This document shows positions 22,775-32,336 of a stretch of DNA of 64,000 nt, piece by piece; the stretch's first letter is position 1, and every line of letters begins with the position of its first letter. Both the position numbers and the translations under genes were made by a program. The stretch covers positions 96,001-160,000 of the forward strand of contig JBDHZC010000004.1 in NCBI GenBank assembly GCA_039811685.1, written 5' to 3'. The notes beneath the pieces are model-generated. The model did not search any database and had not been told where the DNA came from. It saw nothing but the letters and a program-made list of their open reading frames with translations. The stretch comes from Armatimonadota bacterium. GTDB lineage: Bacteria; Armatimonadota; UBA5829; DSUL01.

Positions 22775-23614
22775 ATGGTGAGGACAAAAAAGGTGAGGAC
22801 GCCGCTCATTGCGGGCAACTGGAAGATGCACAACGCACGGGAGCAGACCCGGCAGCTTATAGGCGAGCTGAAGCCGCTGATTGACGGACTGAGTGACGTG
22901 GAAGTATGTGTATGTCCGCCCTTTACAGTCCTGGCAGTGGCCAGCGAGACCATAGGTGACGCCGAGATCTCACTGGGTGCTCAGAATGTGTTCTGGGAGG
23001 AAAAGGGCGCCTGGACCAGTCAGATCTCCGCAGATATGCTGCTGGATGTGGGTTGCCGCTACGCCATCCTCGGCCATTCCGAGACGCGCGGGCGCTTCGG
23101 TAAGGTTGATGATCTCCTGGCCGGCCGCCTCCACTATTTCGGGGAGCGCGACGACACCATCAACATCAAAGCCAGGGTCTGTCTGGCCAAAGGTCTGACG
23201 CCGATTATCTGCTGTGGGGAGACGATCGACGAGCGCCAGGCGGGCAAGACAGACGATATCATATCCTCGCAGATAAGGGCCTGCCTGGATGGACTGACTC
23301 CAGATCAGATTGAGACGCTGGTGATCGCTTATGAGCCGGTCTGGGCTATTGGAACCGGGGAAGTCTGCGGCTCGGATGAGGCCAACCGCGTGTGTCGCTT
23401 GATCCGCCAGACCGTGCGCGACAACTTCGGTACGGATGCCGGCAACGGTGTGCGTATCCTCTATGGTGGAAGCATGAACGACAAGAACGCGGAAGAGCTC
23501 CTGGAGCAATCCGAAATAGACGGCGGCCTTATTGGTGGCGCTGCCCTAAAGGCGGACAGCTTCGCTACTATCTGCAAGGCAGCATCCTTCGCCGCCTGGA
23601 ACTTCTATATCTAG
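22775..23614 (+). CDS. tpiA: Triosephosphate isomerase
   Basis: AGNWKM, GHSE, AYEPVWAIGTG, YGGS. Confidence 0.95.
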   Translation: MVRTKKVRTPLIAGNWKMHNAREQTRQLIGELKPLIDGLSDVEVCVCPPFTVLAVASETIGDAEISLGAQNVFWEEKGAWTSQISADMLLDVGCRYAILGHSETRGRFGKVDDLLAGRLHYFGERDDTINIKARVCLAKGLTPIICCGETIDERQAGKTDDIISSQIRACLDGLTPDQIETLVIAYEPVWAIGTGEVCGSDEANRVCRLIRQTVRDNFGTDAGNGVRILYGGSMNDKNAEELLEQSEIDGGLIGGAALKADSFATICKAASFAAWNFYI

Positions 23615-23649
23615 CGGAAAGGGACTTGAGGTTGGGGACCACAGCTTCG

Positions 23650-24663
23650 CTAGAAGTCGAACCGGTCCACGTTTTCCCTGGTGATCACGGCGCCTGGAAT
23701 CAGCACCTGTTCGCCCTTTACGCTGAGCTTGCCGATGCCTGGAATCTCCTGTCCATCCTTTGGCATCGCTCCTGTCTTCAGATTGTCGCGGACAAGCATG
23801 GCTGCGGCGTAGGTCAGGTCCGCGGGATTCCAGAGAATCGCACCCTGCACGATGCCTTTCTTGAGGTAAGGCTTGACTTCGCTGGGCAGTGAAATGCCCC
23901 AGACCTTGACTTTGCCGGCTTTGCCAGCCTGAATCAAGGCTTCCGCAGTTCCTGGCGCGGCAGGTGAGCAAACGCCCGCCATCCCCGCCAGGTCTGGATG
24001 CGCCTGCAACAGTGAGATAGCCTTGTTCACCGCCTGATCTTTCTGGTCGTTGCAGGCTAGAAGCGGCTCCACGACTGTAATCTGCGGGTGTTTCTTTAAC
24101 TCCTCCCGCACCCCCTGAACGTGCAGTCTGAGGTTGTTCGCGGTCAGAGTTCCGGTCATTATACCGACTTTGCCTTTTTCGCCAATATCCTCTGCAAGTC
24201 GCGCAGCCACGTCGCGCCCGATCTGAACGTCATCACAACCGGCCACGTAGAAAAGGCGCTTTGATCCGGGTGAATCCGAATCCCATGTATAAACCTTGAT
24301 GCCTGCGGCCGTTGCTTTGTCCATGGCCGGCTTCACTGAGTCAGCATCGTTAGCGGAAATCACTACCGCATCCACCTTGCGCGCAATCTGCTGCTCAATC
24401 AGGTTGATCTGGCCCTGAATATCGTTGCCTGTACTGGGCCCGATGAGCTCGGCGTTCACACCCAGTTCCTTGTTTGCCCTGTCCACACCCTGCTGCAAGC
24501 TGTCTGAGTAGCTTATCCCCATGACTTTGAAGATAAAGACAATGTGCGGTTTGCCTGCGTCCGCTGAACCTGAGGATACCGGACCTGTGGACTGGTGCTG
24601 GGCGCAGCCGGTGAGTGAGACGCCGGCAGCGACAGCGACGAGGACTTTCAGGAGTGATTTCAA
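23650..24663 (-). CDS. Sugar ABC transporter substrate-binding lipoprotein (RhaS/LsrB-like)
   Basis: Lipobox LTGC; periplasmic binding protein type I features (VDAVVISAND, TWDSD, LWNPADL); TTG start with GGAGG. Confidence 0.85.
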   Translation of the reverse strand: MKSLLKVLVAVAAGVSLTGCAQHQSTGPVSSGSADAGKPHIVFIFKVMGISYSDSLQQGVDRANKELGVNAELIGPSTGNDIQGQINLIEQQIARKVDAVVISANDADSVKPAMDKATAAGIKVYTWDSDSPGSKRLFYVAGCDDVQIGRDVAARLAEDIGEKGKVGIMTGTLTANNLRLHVQGVREELKKHPQITVVEPLLACNDQKDQAVNKAISLLQAHPDLAGMAGVCSPAAPGTAEALIQAGKAGKVKVWGISLPSEVKPYLKKGIVQGAILWNPADLTYAAAMLVRDNLKTGAMPKDGQEIPGIGKLSVKGEQVLIPGAVITRENVDRFDF

Positions 24664-25631
24664 GTGTTGGAACCTCCGCGAATGAGCTTCTTGCGCGCAT
24701 TGTCAATGACAACTGCCGCGATCAGCGCTACAGCCAGCATCTGTGTGCGGACAAGATCAGACTGTCCTGTCAGTGCCAGACCGTTGCGCAAGGCCGCCAT
24801 CGTAGCCACACCGATGAGCGTCCCTATCAAGCTGCCTTCCCCTCCAGAGAGGCTCGTTCCTCCCAGAACCACAGCCGTAATCGCTTCAAACTCGTAGTTG
24901 CGCCCTGCGTCTGCAAAGGCGGTGGCAGACCTCGAGGAGATCAGCGCACCTGCCAATCCGGCAAGCAAAGACAACAGGAGATACGTCTGAAACTTAGCCC
25001 GGGTTACTGGAATGCCGGCCAGTTTCGCTGCCGCTTCAGACTGTCCCAGCGCAAGTATCTGCCTCCCGAAGACAGTCTGGCGCAGCAGCACATAGGCAAC
25101 TGCTACGGTTACAAGCAATATGATCGCCGGAGTGGGAACGCTTACACCGGGAAGGGCTACATCGGTTGAACTGATCGCCCGGAACGAGTCGTACGAGTAG
25201 AGCGAAAGACTCGTCCCCTGTGTCAGAACGTAGGCGATCCCGCGCGTCAGACTCATCGTGGCCAGAGTCACCAGCACGGGCTCCATTCCAAGGCGCGCAA
25301 TGGCAAATCCGTTCACCGCGCCGATGCCAAGAGCGCAGATCATCGCCGCTCCAAGCGCTGCCCAGATGTTCCATCCATGCCCGACCGCCAGAAATCCGAG
25401 CAGCATGCTCACCATCCCGGCCGTTCCTCCGACTGAGATATCTATGCCGCCGGTTGCGATCACCAACGTCATTCCAACAGCTACGATACCGATTTCCGCA
25501 TACTGCCGCGTCAGTCCGAACAGAGTCTCTGCTTCAAAGAAGTGTGGGGTGCGGGCAAACCAGATGGTGACGGCAATGAGAACGGCCACCGCGCCCAGGC
25601 GATATTTGGCGATCTCTCGAACAAGCCGCAC
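24660..25631 (-). CDS. Sugar ABC transporter permease (RbsC/LsrD-like)
   Basis: GMTLVIATGGIDISVG, AITAVVLGGTSLSGGEG. Confidence 0.9.
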   Translation of the reverse strand: MRLVREIAKYRLGAVAVLIAVTIWFARTPHFFEAETLFGLTRQYAEIGIVAVGMTLVIATGGIDISVGGTAGMVSMLLGFLAVGHGWNIWAALGAAMICALGIGAVNGFAIARLGMEPVLVTLATMSLTRGIAYVLTQGTSLSLYSYDSFRAISSTDVALPGVSVPTPAIILLVTVAVAYVLLRQTVFGRQILALGQSEAAAKLAGIPVTRAKFQTYLLLSLLAGLAGALISSRSATAFADAGRNYEFEAITAVVLGGTSLSGGEGSLIGTLIGVATMAALRNGLALTGQSDLVRTQMLAVALIAAVVIDNARKKLIRGGSNT

Positions 25632-26590
25632 TAGGCCGCTTCCATTCTTCTGGCGGCCAGCTTGTCAGCGCCGCCAACGACCAGAATGGCGACTCCGATA
25701 ATTGCCTGATACCAGTAGACATCCAGCCCCGCGACGATCAAGCCGTTCCTCAAGACTGCCATAATCGCAGCGCCCGCTGCCGTGCCAAGCACACTGCCGC
25801 GCCCGCCTGTGATGGACGTGCCACCGATGACAACAGCCGCTATCACGTCCAGTTCATAGCCCATGAGCATGTTGCCCTGCACGGAATTAAGCATGGCGCT
25901 GGCTATCAGTCCGGCCAGACCAGCGCAAAGGCCGCTGATGGCATACGTCCATCCAATCGTCCGTTTCACGCGCACACCGGCCAGACGCGCCGCCTGAAGA
26001 TTGCCACCCACAGCGAGCACGTGACGCCCGAACGAGCTGCGCGACAACCCTGCCAGCCCTGCCGCCAGAGCGAGCGCGAACAACCCGAAGGACCCAACGC
26101 CCGTGCCTAGAGCCCTGAATCCAGCCGGTAGATCGCTAATCAGAGTCACAGTCTGAATCGCCTGAACACGATAGAGGCTGAGCGTGGCAAGTGTAGCGAC
26201 AATTGGAGGCGCCTCCAGCACTGTAACCAAAAAGGCATTTCCGGCTCCAAGCGCTACCGACGACGCCAGAGCGACCGCGACAGGGAATACAATCCCCCCA
26301 GTTCTCTGCATCAGAATCGCCATGAAGCTGGACGACAGGGCCAGAATGGACGCGCAGGACAGATCAATGCCGCCCGTAATCACAACGAATGTCATCCCGA
26401 TCCCCATGGCGCCGATGATTGCGGTGTCCCGCCCTATGGAACCGATGTTGACAGCGTTTGAAAACCCGTGGACACGCAAGGAGAAGAAGGCTGCAAGCGC
26501 TGCCAGAAGGAGCAACAGAGGGAGTTCGCGCAGAACTGCCCGTCGGTGAGGAGAAGATGTGGAAGATGCGCCTGCGGGATTGCCTTTCAC
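25631..26590 (-). CDS. Sugar ABC transporter permease (RbsC/LsrC-like)
   Basis: GMTFVVITGGIDLS, GGNLQAARLAGV, IAAVVIGGTSITGGRG; start uncertain (GTG at 26590 chosen). Confidence 0.88.
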   Translation of the reverse strand: MKGNPAGASSTSSPHRRAVLRELPLLLLLAALAAFFSLRVHGFSNAVNIGSIGRDTAIIGAMGIGMTFVVITGGIDLSCASILALSSSFMAILMQRTGGIVFPVAVALASSVALGAGNAFLVTVLEAPPIVATLATLSLYRVQAIQTVTLISDLPAGFRALGTGVGSFGLFALALAAGLAGLSRSSFGRHVLAVGGNLQAARLAGVRVKRTIGWTYAISGLCAGLAGLIASAMLNSVQGNMLMGYELDVIAAVVIGGTSITGGRGSVLGTAAGAAIMAVLRNGLIVAGLDVYWYQAIIGVAILVVGGADKLAARRMEAA

Positions 26591-26735
26591 AGTATTCCTG
26601 AAGCTACGTTCAGGCTGCGCCTTTTTCCTCCCGCCTTCTGAGCGCTGTTGGCGCACACCGGGCGCGAAAATCGGCACTCAGGCGTCCTTTGTGAGACAGG
26701 AAAGACTGCCTCTGCAGCGGAACTCCACAGAAAGA

Positions 26736-27821
26736 ATGCGAACAGGTGTCGCCAATCTGCCTCTGCACTCCGGAAAAGCGCCGCGCTGGCTCTTCAGTCG
26801 AATGACTCAGCTTGCGGGCACTGTTACGGAGATGATCGTTGCTGAGTACGGGCCGGACAAAATGCTGGAGCGTCTGGCCGATCCCAGATGGTTTCAGGCG
26901 TTCGGCTGTGTCCTGGGCTTTGACTGGCATTCTTCAGGCGTTACCACCACCACGTGCGGCGCCATCAAAGAGGGGATCAAGGGTAGGGAAGCGGAGCTCG
27001 GCTTTTTCGTGGCTGGCGGTAAGGGAGGCGTGTCGCGGAAGACTCCGGAGGAGATTGTGCACTACTGTGGCACATCTGTTGAAGGTGTGCTGCCGGAGCC
27101 TCTGGTTAACGCGAGCAAACTTTCCGCGAAAGTGGACAACACCGCGCTGCAGGACGGGTATCAGCTTTATCACCACTGCTTCTTCTTCACGCGAAGCGCG
27201 GCCTGGTCGGTCGTGCAGCAGGGAATGAACGAGACCAATCAATACGCGCGCCGCTACCACTGGCACTCGCCGCGCCTGTCGAGCTTTGTCAACGAACCTC
27301 ATTCAGGGATTGCCAGTCAGAGTCGGTCTGATCAAGTCCTGAACATGGTTGCCCACGAGTCCGAAGCGTCTCGCCGCGCGCTCGTAGAAGTTGTCAAGCA
27401 GACACCCGTCCAGATCAAAAAGGAGCTCAGGTCCCTTGAGCGCCTGGACATGCCCTCGCGGCACTGGATCGCTCCCGAAGACCTTTCGCCGCGCGGGCTG
27501 GACAAAGTTCTCATTGAGACCTATGACCGTCAGCCCGCGAGCTTTGAACAGCTTCTCGCGATACGCGGGGTGGGGCCCAAGACACTGCGCGCCCTTGTCA
27601 TGGTGGCCGAGATCGCTTACGGCGCCCGGCCAAGTTGGAAAGATCCGGCTGTCTACTCTTTCGCACATGGAGGGAAAGACGGCATTCCCTATCCAGTGGA
27701 TCGACCCCTCTACGACGAGACTGTCTCCATCCTCAAAAAGGCAATCGGCGCCTCCCGGATGGGACAGTCGGACAAACTGACTGCCATCCGGCGTCTGGCA
27801 TCCTTCTGGCCTGATGTCTAG
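26736..27821 (+). CDS. DUF763 family protein
   Basis: MRTGVANLPLHSGKAPRWLF, FDWHSSGVTT, LQDGYQLYHH, HhH-like GVGPKT, SFAHGGKDG.PYPV. Confidence 0.9.
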   Translation: MRTGVANLPLHSGKAPRWLFSRMTQLAGTVTEMIVAEYGPDKMLERLADPRWFQAFGCVLGFDWHSSGVTTTTCGAIKEGIKGREAELGFFVAGGKGGVSRKTPEEIVHYCGTSVEGVLPEPLVNASKLSAKVDNTALQDGYQLYHHCFFFTRSAAWSVVQQGMNETNQYARRYHWHSPRLSSFVNEPHSGIASQSRSDQVLNMVAHESEASRRALVEVVKQTPVQIKKELRSLERLDMPSRHWIAPEDLSPRGLDKVLIETYDRQPASFEQLLAIRGVGPKTLRALVMVAEIAYGARPSWKDPAVYSFAHGGKDGIPYPVDRPLYDETVSILKKAIGASRMGQSDKLTAIRRLASFWPDV

Positions 27822-27951
27822 GACTGTCCGCGTCACTGTATTCACGCTCGCGGACGCCTCCGGGAAGTGACCCTGGCGCCGCAGGAACGCAGGTCAGGGC
27901 GCATGCTATACTCCTGTTCAGTCTCAATCCTGGGCCTACACGGAGAACGAT

Positions 27952-28851
27952 ATGACTCATGCTGACAAAGCGCGCAGACTGCGCAGCCTGCTTGAGAGGC
28001 CGGGTCTGGTCCGCAGCCTCGGCGCTCACGATGTCTTTACAGCGCTGATTGTGGAGGAAGCGGGATTCGAGACCGTCTTTGCCGGCGGCTTCGGAACTTC
28101 GGCGAGCCGTCTTGGAATGCCGGATCTGAACCTCATCACTATGACGGAGATGGCGGAAGCTGTGCGTCGAATGTCTGAGAGGGTGTCGATTCCAGTCGTT
28201 GCGGATGGCGACACGGGACATGGAGATATCGCGAACGTCATGCGCACGGTGGAGGAGTTTGAGAGGGGTGGCGCAAGTGGGATTCTGCTGGAGGATCAAG
28301 TTGCGCCCAAGCGGTGCGGTCATTTTGAGGGAAAGGAGGTCATCGCGACCGACCACTTTCTTCTGAAGCTCAAAGCTGCTCTTCGCGCACGCTCAAATCC
28401 AGATTTTGTCATCATCGCTCGCACAGACGCCAGGCAGGTAAATGGTCTGGACGACGCCATCGACAGAGTCAACCGGGCCGGAGATATTGGTGTTGATTGT
28501 GTGTTCATCGAAGCGCCCCGTTCTATAGAAGAGCTCGAGACAATTCCCGCGCGGGTGCGCTATCCGTTACTGGCCAACATGCTCACTGGAGGTGACACTC
28601 CCATCCTGGACGCTAAAGCCCTGGACAGCCTTGGATATAAAATCGCCGTCTACCCTGTCGAAAGCCTTATGGTTACTCTGGTTGCGATGCGAAGGCTGGC
28701 GCGGACACTGTTGCAGGACGGCAATCTCAGGTCTATGACAGATGAGTTGGCGTCTTTTCGCGACTTGAAACAGCTTCTCGGGCTTGAAGGGTTTCTGGAG
28801 CTCAAGACCACGCTGGAAGGCCCTCAGGGCAGCAAAGTAGCTCCCGTCTGA
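27952..28851 (+). CDS. Isocitrate lyase/PEP mutase family enzyme (2-methylisocitrate lyase-like)
   Basis: DGDTGHG, EDQVAPKRCGH, IARTDA, FIEAP. Confidence 0.9.
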   Translation: MTHADKARRLRSLLERPGLVRSLGAHDVFTALIVEEAGFETVFAGGFGTSASRLGMPDLNLITMTEMAEAVRRMSERVSIPVVADGDTGHGDIANVMRTVEEFERGGASGILLEDQVAPKRCGHFEGKEVIATDHFLLKLKAALRARSNPDFVIIARTDARQVNGLDDAIDRVNRAGDIGVDCVFIEAPRSIEELETIPARVRYPLLANMLTGGDTPILDAKALDSLGYKIAVYPVESLMVTLVAMRRLARTLLQDGNLRSMTDELASFRDLKQLLGLEGFLELKTTLEGPQGSKVAPV

Positions 28852-28876
28852 CAGGACGGGCTCAAGGAAGGCTGAA

Positions 28877-31681
28877 TTGGTGTACGAAACGAAAAGAATA
28901 GTTGTCTGGGTGTTGGCCGGTCTTCTGGCTCTCGTTGTGCTGTCGGCTGTCCCGCTCTACGTTGACTGGATCTGGTTTCTAAGCCTGGGCTATGGCCGTA
29001 TCTTCAGCACCATTTTGCTCTCCAAGATAGCGTTGGGCGTTGTGGTTGGCGCTCTGTTTTTCGCCGTCGTCTGGGGAAATGCCTGGTATGCTCTACGTTC
29101 CAGTTCCGGGCGTCTGGAACTGTACACCGTTGATGGGCGGCTGCCGATATTCTTCGACCGGATGATCCGGCGCGGTGTTGAGTTCATCGTCCTGTTTGGC
29201 GGGATTGTACTCTCTGTGCTTATTGGGCTGGAAGCAGCGACCCACTGGCAGTCCTGGCTACAGTTTTCAAACTACGTTCCGTTCGGCAAGACCGATCCGG
29301 TTTTTGGTAACGACATAGGCTTCTACGTCTTTCGTCTCAGCTTCTTGCAGTTCGCTTACCGTGCGTTGATGCTGGCCCTTATCGCGGCAGCGGTGGCTGC
29401 TGCTGCAGTGCTCTATCTGTCGCGCACTGTGGATATCCTCGCTGGCAAGCTCAAGATCACATCTGTAGCCGCCGGGCAACTGGGTTTGCTGCTGGCGCTT
29501 ATCACTGCGCTGCAGGCTATTGGCTTCAGGCTCAGCGCCTACGGCCTGTTATATACCGCAACTCAGACATTGTATGGTGTGGGTTATGCTGACGCTCATG
29601 TGCGTCTCACAGCCATTGACCTGGCCACAGTTCTGGCTGGTCTCGGAGCCGTGGTCGTTCTTTTCGGGGCGAGACGCCGCAGTATCCAGATCGTCGTCGC
29701 AGGTGTATTTCTGGCTCCCGTGGCCAACATCATCATCGGTGGAGCTGTGGCTGCGCTGACCCAGCGCCTGGTAGTCAATCCTGATGAGTTCAACAAGGAG
29801 CGGCCGTATCTCAAGCGCCATATTACTGCCACTCAGCAGGCCTATGGGCTGGACAAAGTGGACCGCCGTCCGTTCAGCTTCTCGGGGACTCTGACCGCGG
29901 GGGATCTCAAACGCAACAAGGTCACTCTGCAAAGCGTCCGCCTGTGGGACTATGTGCCTCTGCAGGCGGCTTACAAACAGCTCCAGGAGATACAGCAGTA
30001 CTACAATTTCAACGAAGTCGACATTGACCGCTATACGGTTGACGGGGTGTACAGACAGGTGATGCTCTCGGCGCGTGAGTTGGACAAAGGCGCGCTTCCA
30101 CAGACAGCCAGGACATGGGTCAATCTGAAACTCAAATACACGCATGGATACGGGCTGGCTATGAGTCCGGTGAACGAGGTATCACCGGAAGGACTGCCTA
30201 CCTTTTTCATTAAAGACATCCCTCCTCAAAGCTCCAAAGACGCTTTTGACGTGACGCGTCCGCAACTGTACTACGGGGAATCGACCGACGACTACGTAAT
30301 TGTAGATACACGCATTGGCGAGTTTGACTATCCCAGGGGTTCAACGGGAGTGGAAACTCGTTACGCGTCTGCTTCTGGAGTACCTGTTGGCGGCTTCTTC
30401 AGGCGCTTGGCGTTGGCGTTGCGATTTGCGGACCTGAACCTGATTCTTCCTGGTAATCTCACGTCGAACAGCCGCATTCTGTTCCGGCGCGATATCGTCG
30501 AGCGCATCCGCACTCTCGCGCCGTTTCTCGAGCTTGACAGCGATCCGTATCTAGTTTTGACTGGTGGTAGATTAGTGTGGCTTCAGGATGCCTACACGAC
30601 ATCCAGCCTCTACCCATACTCACAACCATCATTCTTGCTTGGCCGCAATACGGATGCCAGTACTGGCCGGGTCGTTGCGCTCAACTACATCCGCAACTCT
30701 GTGAAGATTGTGACAGATGCGTACACTGGCGATGTACGCTTCTACTCCTTTGACACCGCTGACCCGGTGTTGAAGTCGTACAGCAAGGCGTTTCCGGGTG
30801 TGTTCCACAGCGCTTCTGAAATGCCGGCGGACTTGAAAGACCACGTGCGCTATCCCGAAGACCTCTTTAGTCTCCAGACAGATATGTACACCACGTATCA
30901 CATGTCAGATGCGCAGCAGTTCTTCTCCAAGGGAGATTTGTGGGCTATCCCCAGTCTGGAGCAGACTGACACTGGGGTGGATGCGCAAGGCTTTATGGAG
31001 CCTTACTACGTAATAATGAAGCTTCCCGATGCCGCTGAGGAGGAGTTCATCATGTTGATGCCCTACCGGCGGGCGAACAAGGACAACATGGTGGCATGGA
31101 TGGCGGCAAAGTGCGATCAACGGGACTACGGGCGCCTGGTTGTCTATGAGTTCCCCAAAGGAGAGCAATTCTACGGCCCGGCTCAGATACAGGCCAGAGC
31201 GAATCAGGACACGGAAATATCGGAGCAGATGACGCTGTGGAATCAACAAAAGTCTGCGGTAAGCAGAGGCAATCTCCTGGTCATCCCCATCGAACACACC
31301 ATGCTGTATATAGAGCCACTCTATCTGCAGTCCACGAGCGCTAAAATTCCCGAGTTCAAACGCGTCATCGTCGCGCTTGGCAATAAGGTGACAATGCAGC
31401 CGACACTCAGCGACGCACTTAGCTTTCTGATTGGAGGCGAAGCAGGGCAGGCGGTGTCCGGACTGGAGTTCTCCGATTCCACTCAGCCAGCAGCATCCAA
31501 CTTACGGGTGTTCCAAAGACCCGGCGCAGCTGAGTCCTCCGGACCACGCCAGATTCTGGAGAAGGCGTATTCACTGTACCAGCGCTCCACATCAGCGCAG
31601 CGCAATGGTGACTGGGCGGAGTATGGGCGGCTCCAAAAGGAGCTGGGCGAAGTGCTGCGGCAATCCGCCTCAAAACCATGA
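28877..31681 (+). CDS. UPF0182 family membrane protein
   Basis: DPVFGNDIGFYVF, RLWDY, YTHGYG, NYIRNSVK, RYPEDLF, GNLLVIP, GDWAEYG. Confidence 0.93.
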   Translation: MVYETKRIVVWVLAGLLALVVLSAVPLYVDWIWFLSLGYGRIFSTILLSKIALGVVVGALFFAVVWGNAWYALRSSSGRLELYTVDGRLPIFFDRMIRRGVEFIVLFGGIVLSVLIGLEAATHWQSWLQFSNYVPFGKTDPVFGNDIGFYVFRLSFLQFAYRALMLALIAAAVAAAAVLYLSRTVDILAGKLKITSVAAGQLGLLLALITALQAIGFRLSAYGLLYTATQTLYGVGYADAHVRLTAIDLATVLAGLGAVVVLFGARRRSIQIVVAGVFLAPVANIIIGGAVAALTQRLVVNPDEFNKERPYLKRHITATQQAYGLDKVDRRPFSFSGTLTAGDLKRNKVTLQSVRLWDYVPLQAAYKQLQEIQQYYNFNEVDIDRYTVDGVYRQVMLSARELDKGALPQTARTWVNLKLKYTHGYGLAMSPVNEVSPEGLPTFFIKDIPPQSSKDAFDVTRPQLYYGESTDDYVIVDTRIGEFDYPRGSTGVETRYASASGVPVGGFFRRLALALRFADLNLILPGNLTSNSRILFRRDIVERIRTLAPFLELDSDPYLVLTGGRLVWLQDAYTTSSLYPYSQPSFLLGRNTDASTGRVVALNYIRNSVKIVTDAYTGDVRFYSFDTADPVLKSYSKAFPGVFHSASEMPADLKDHVRYPEDLFSLQTDMYTTYHMSDAQQFFSKGDLWAIPSLEQTDTGVDAQGFMEPYYVIMKLPDAAEEEFIMLMPYRRANKDNMVAWMAAKCDQRDYGRLVVYEFPKGEQFYGPAQIQARANQDTEISEQMTLWNQQKSAVSRGNLLVIPIEHTMLYIEPLYLQSTSAKIPEFKRVIVALGNKVTMQPTLSDALSFLIGGEAGQAVSGLEFSDSTQPAASNLRVFQRPGAAESSGPRQILEKAYSLYQRSTSAQRNGDWAEYGRLQKELGEVLRQSASKP

Positions 31682-31738
31682 TCGGGACTCCCAAATTTGC
31701 GGAATTCCAAGTTTTTGCAGGAATTTTCCGTCAGGGTG

Positions 31739-31767
31739 TTGACAGCTTTCGATAATCGTAGTAGATT
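31739..31767 (+). promoter_or_regulatory. Sigma70-type promoter in the UPF0182-mraZ intergenic region
   Basis: TTGACA-17 bp-TAGATT. Confidence 0.6.
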
Positions 31768-31884
31768 ATTCGCACAGCGTTTGCGAATTGCGGAATCGGT
31801 TGCTCACTGTTTTTAGCGCGCAAATGCAGCGATATCTTCTTCTGGCTGTTGCAGTTAGGCCAGGGCTTCAACAGCTGGATCCCC

Positions 31885-31925
31885 GCGGCGCCCGCAACCC
31901 CAAAATTGCGGGCGCCGTTATTATT
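31885..31925 (+). terminator. Strong GC hairpin/terminator
   Basis: GCGGCGCCCGCAA-CCCCAAAA-TTGCGGGCGCCGT followed by TATTATT. Confidence 0.65.
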
Positions 31926-32160
31926 GCTCCGCTTCACTTCTCCTTGCGATCCTGACAGACCGCAAATGGTCCGGTTTGCACAGCGCGCACAGCCAGGCCG
32001 TTTGCAGGGATTTCACTCACACAAGCTCCGTACGAGGAAGAGTCAGCTCAGTGGTGTCACTGTGCCTCTATGACCAGGAACGACGAGTGGATGTGCAACT
32101 GTGCAACGAACGCTTGTTTGTATTCACGAACACATGTACTGTGTAGATGTACAACGGAGA

Positions 32161-32220
32161 AATAATAAGAAAAATTAACAGGAAAAGGGCTTGACATTGA
32201 TAATACAGTTCTTGTAACCT
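32161..32220 (+). promoter_or_regulatory. Putative dcw (mraZ) promoter with A-rich UP element
   Basis: AATAATAAGAAAAATTAAC, then TTGACA-18 bp-TAACCT. Confidence 0.55.
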
Positions 32221-32336
32221 ATGGCCATCAGAGTTCAGCGGATGTTGGACGGAGATAACATTCAACTGAGTTGCTAGCCTTTCCGCGAACTTTGAGCGAA
32301 GCGAAGAGTCGGCATGGGAAGATTTTCGGCGGTCAA

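Noticed and set aside
31682..32336. Replication origin in the AT-richer intergenic region
   Set aside because: No TTATCCACA-type DnaA box cluster; the features are explained by promoters and a terminator.
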